Shown here in pieces: positions 59,060 to 64,000 of a stretch of DNA of 64,000 bases (the first letter of the stretch is position 1; each line of letters opens with the position of its first letter). The notes beneath the pieces were generated by a model. That model worked only from the letters and a program-made list of their open reading frames with translations. It ran no database searches and was not told the DNA's origin. The stretch is from the human T2T-CHM13v2.0 reference genome, Homo sapiens. The position numbers and the translations under genes are program-made. The stretch lies in assembly GCF_009914755.1 (NCBI RefSeq), contig NC_060927.1, one strand, 5' to 3'.

Positions 59060-60142
59060 TATCCCTTTTACAGTTGTAGTCTTATATAATAGGACTTGAT
59101 AAAAGGAGAAAGAGGAAAAGGAGGAGGAGAAAAAGATGAAAACTACTAGCAATCTTTATATACAAGAATCAGAATGTAATTAAAGTATTATTTATTATCT
59201 ACATCTTAATCATTAATTTTCACCTTAAGTGCATTCTTCTAAAATTGATTATTAGTAGTTAAGTTTAAAATCTGCTTCCTTGATTTTCGTTTGTGTGAAC
59301 TGATTATTAGGAAATTATGCTCTTGATAAAAACTGTATTTTTAATCAGAATTTGTTAAATTTACAAAAAGGTTTCAGTCTGTGCATTACTTTTAATGTGA
59401 AATACACACATGTATAATTTTATGACATATACTTCTATGAAAATATTTATCTCTACAGCTTTTCATATTTTTTGGGCTGAAATTAAAAAGGAAATTAAAC
59501 TATCCTGGGCATGACCCATGTTTGTCTGAGGAATCATTTGGATCCAAGCCAATTAGGAAAATAATGGACAAATTATCTGTTTGTATCTTCTCTCATCACA
59601 GACAACTCTCTGATCCAAATAAGTTATAAAATTTTCCTTGGATTCTAGATTTCTAATGAGACCATTTTTGTTCTTGAGGAAACATCAAAATCACTACTGA
59701 TAGTTAGTTAAATCCCCTCCAACCGTGAAGAAACAAGAGTTATGGAAAAGGGCGATTACCACAGAGTCACTACATGCTGCACATACAACCATTAGAGAAA
59801 AATAAATGCAAGTGAATTTAGAATAACACAGATAGCACACATGAATTCCTGCTTTCAGAGAACAATCAGCTGCCAAAAATCTTATTCTAAGGATCTATAT
59901 AGACTTTAGGCCTCAATTTCTGATTGGATTTCACAAGTGAAATGTTAGAAAAACATAATCTTCTTAACAAACTACATTAAAATTCCCCTAAAATTCTTAA
60001 AACACAAAGCTTCATTCTACTTACTTTCAGGAACTCAGATTTTCTCATTTATATTACCACTGAAGCTCAGTTTGAATGACCTTCTTATATATTCTGACTA
60101 AATCACAAAGATACACTATAGCAAAAAACACAAACTCTTCAT

Positions 60143-60230
60143 GTCTCTCTCTTTCCATATATATACATATACACACATATGTATACACACACATATATGT
60201 ACATGTATATAATTATATATATGTGTATGT
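60143..60230. repeat. Degenerate (CT)n/(TA/CA)n microsatellite
   Basis: Directly visible in the sequence. Confidence 0.7.
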
Positions 60231-60714
60231 AATTTGGCATTTTTGATTAAAATATACTCACCCTTTTCTAATACCAACCCTAGTTTAATGTCTTCTTCTA
60301 GACTATTAAAAAAAATACTCAACTCTGACCTTGTATCTTTATAACAATTGAGATATGTTACATAATTAACCTAGAGGTCAAAAATTTTTATTAGAGATAC
60401 AAGTATGTCCTCATTCACACCCTACATCTTCTAATTTTATTCTAGTGCTGACTTTGGTTTTTAATATCTAGTCCTAGGTGGCTTCATTTTATTAAACTAT
60501 TCAAAAGGAAATAGAAATGAGTACATGATTAAAAGAACCAATAAAGTAATATCAGTCAAAAATAGTAGAATGAATTATCAAGAAAAAAAATAAGAAGACA
60601 GCATGCATATTCCAACACTTTCGTCTGAGAAACTAGAAGAATTTTCCAGAACTTCATCATAAGGAATTATAATAACACCTGGACTGCAAATGGCAGAAAT
60701 TGCAGCAAAGAAGG

Positions 60715-61076
60715 TGCAATGAATATCTCCCAAAATTCATACGTTGAAACTTAATTCTTATTATGGTGATATTAAGAGGCAGGGCCTTTCAGAAGTGACT
60801 AAGAACCCTCATGAATGGGTTAGTGCCATATAAAAGGGTTGGAGAAAACTAGCTAGGCCCTTTTTGCTTTTCTGCTCTTCCACCACGTGAGGACACAGTG
60901 CTTGCTGCTTTTGTCATGTGAGGATGCAGCAAGAAGGCCCTCACAAGACATCAAATGTTGACACTTTAATATGGTACTTCCAAGCCTCCAGAAACTTAAG
61001 AAAGAAATTTCTATTATTTATAAATTATTACCCAGTCACCACTATTATGTTATAGCAGCACAAACAGACTGAGACA
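60715..61076 (+). mobile_element. MSTD/MLT1A-like (MaLR) solo LTR
   Basis: CCCAAAATTCATACGTTGAAAC..TTATAGCAGCACAAACAGACTGAGACA. Perfect 5-bp TSD GAAGG at 60710-60714 and 61077-61081. Confidence 0.8.
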
Positions 61077-61157
61077 GAAGGTATCTAAATCTTATACAAT
61101 GTTAACATCATGTTCTCTGAAAGTCCACTTACAATCAGTAGCAAAATATAACTTATT

Positions 61158-62160
<1,003 letters not shown>

Positions 62161-63414
62161 AAACACAACTATTAATAGCAAATAGCATAGCCTATGGAGA
62201 GCCTTTACTTAAAAATACACACTTATTTCAGAGTAAGAGAGTATATTCTCATGACATTAAAGATAATCTAGAACATGTTTCATATACATGGATCCAGACA
62301 TTCAAGGAAATCATACTTATCCAGTAGAAAATGTCATTAATGTTTGTGAAGATGATCAATTAAGACCCAGACTTGTCATCTGGGTATTGAAGCACTTTAT
62401 ACAGACCTTTTGATTTAAGATTCTCTCAAAAGAAAACTGATTGACTAGGTAAGAATTTTAAATACTAAATAAATCTTTAATTTTAAAAAATGGTTAAGAA
62501 GGACAAATGTACTCTTTGATTAAAGAGGTTTAGATATTTTTTACTCATCTGTCATAGCAGCCTTCTCCCATTGCCTTTGTGAAATATTAGACTATTTATA
62601 ACATTTTTATTTATTTTTATTCATCCTTTTTATTTGTAGTAGAAGGAAGAGGTACAGAGAAGAAGGAAATTTGAATGCATTATCAAAAATACATAACACA
62701 TACAAAATTCCATATACAAATGTACATAAATGTCACGAATGGCTTTTCAATATAAGGGATACTGTGAAGTTAATGGAATAGACTCTGGCCATGTTGAATT
62801 CAAATCAAACTATAAAAAGAAGGAACATCTCTCTCATTGTCTTAGTATGGTTTGTGCTCTGATATTGGGTCATATAATTTCCTTAAAATAAGGTGCAGAA
62901 CCAGCTACTCTTATGATGAAAAAAATCACATTTTAGAATACACTAAACAAATTGTAATTTAGAAATAGATTTAGTCAAATAAGAAGCTATTATTGGCAAT
63001 ACCTGTATCTCCAGCACTGCATTTGGAACTTTGGCAAAATGCAGTTCCAAAAATTTTTAACAATAAAGCATCCTTCTTACATTCAAGAAGCTTAAATTTG
63101 GATGAGCCACATTAAATAAATATAATTAACTTAAAGAAATTAAAGACAACCAATTTCAAGAATAACTTCAGAGAAGTGAGTTAATGCCAATAACAAATTG
63201 ATACTAATTCTAATCCTTTGTTCATAGTGACAGGAAGTCAAATACTTCTAGGCCAATATGACACACGGCAAAACATTATGAGATTTGTATTACACTACAT
63301 TTATAAGAGGGTCTGTTTTTTTCTTTATACATTTGAATATTCTTGTACCTTAGGTACCAATTAATAATGAGGGATACAAGAAATTTGTGCTTTTAGTATC
63401 TACCTAATAAAATT

Positions 63415-63545
63415 AACATTAACATGAATACATTCAACAAATTTTAATTCATTGCCTACTGTAAGCCAAATATTGAAGTTGGCACTGAAGAGATGGTCAT
63501 AAGCAAATTAGCACCATCCCTTATTAAGTAGATAGATTTATAAAT
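63415..63545 (-). mobile_element. L2 3'-end fragment
   Basis: CATTCAACAAATTTTAATTCATTGCCTACTGTAAGCCA. Confidence 0.55.
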
Positions 63546-64000
63546 TTATCTAAATATTTGTTTTTGGTTTGGGATTTAACTATGAGTTACCATAAACATA
63601 TACCTAAGAACCTGGAAATAAGGAGACTACTTTCTTAGTTAAAAGGTATTTCAATACACTCTGGATTAGAAAAATAGATCACTAAAGTCATCTCAAAAAG
63701 AAAAATATGGCCCTAAAACCTTTAAGACAACCTATAACTTTATTGATATATTAGCATATCAAAGAAATAATATGTCAATTAGTAGGAGGGCCTCAGTCTT
63801 GGAAACAAAGGATAACAAAACACTTGTGAAACCATTGGCAGCCCCCATCCAAACATGCTTTTGATCCAGCGCGAGTGTATTCTTAAACAATTGAATGTTT
63901 TCTTAAGACTAGAATTAAGAACTAATGGTATTCAAGGCCTGTGGCTTTATACTGTGAACACCAAGCAAATTTCTGAATATAATTTGCTTTCTTATATGAT

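Overview
This is primate genomic DNA, most likely human or hominoid given the AluY and L1PA2/3-type elements. It is AT-rich and made almost entirely of transposable-element relics. I found no intact protein-coding gene, RNA gene or convincing spliced exon; nearly all ORFs in the track are decayed L1 ORF1/ORF2 pieces, their antisense shadows, or Alu/LTR read-through. Main contents: (1) a Tigger1 > L1PA > MLT2A nest at the start; (2) a full-length decayed L1PA7-like element (5216-11766) with a probable short 3' transduction; (3) a 5'-truncated processed ezrin (EZR) pseudogene (23285-24711) that has kept CpG-island-like density and sits in an unusual composite L1 junction; (4) a two-LTR MER34-group (ERV1) provirus relic on the minus strand (33680-44579) carrying seven nested insertions; (5) a long old L1PA-type composite (51081-58288) with several repair scars; plus many Alu, MIR, L2 and MaLR copies. 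I did not find a credible new biological system. The observations most worth checking are several apparently locally templated insertions (a 56-bp L1 ORF1 snippet and a ~185-bp copy of nearby unique DNA with a 39-bp identical core), the L1 transduction and the EZR retrocopy. Subfamily names come from recalled consensus features and need RepeatMasker/Dfam confirmation.
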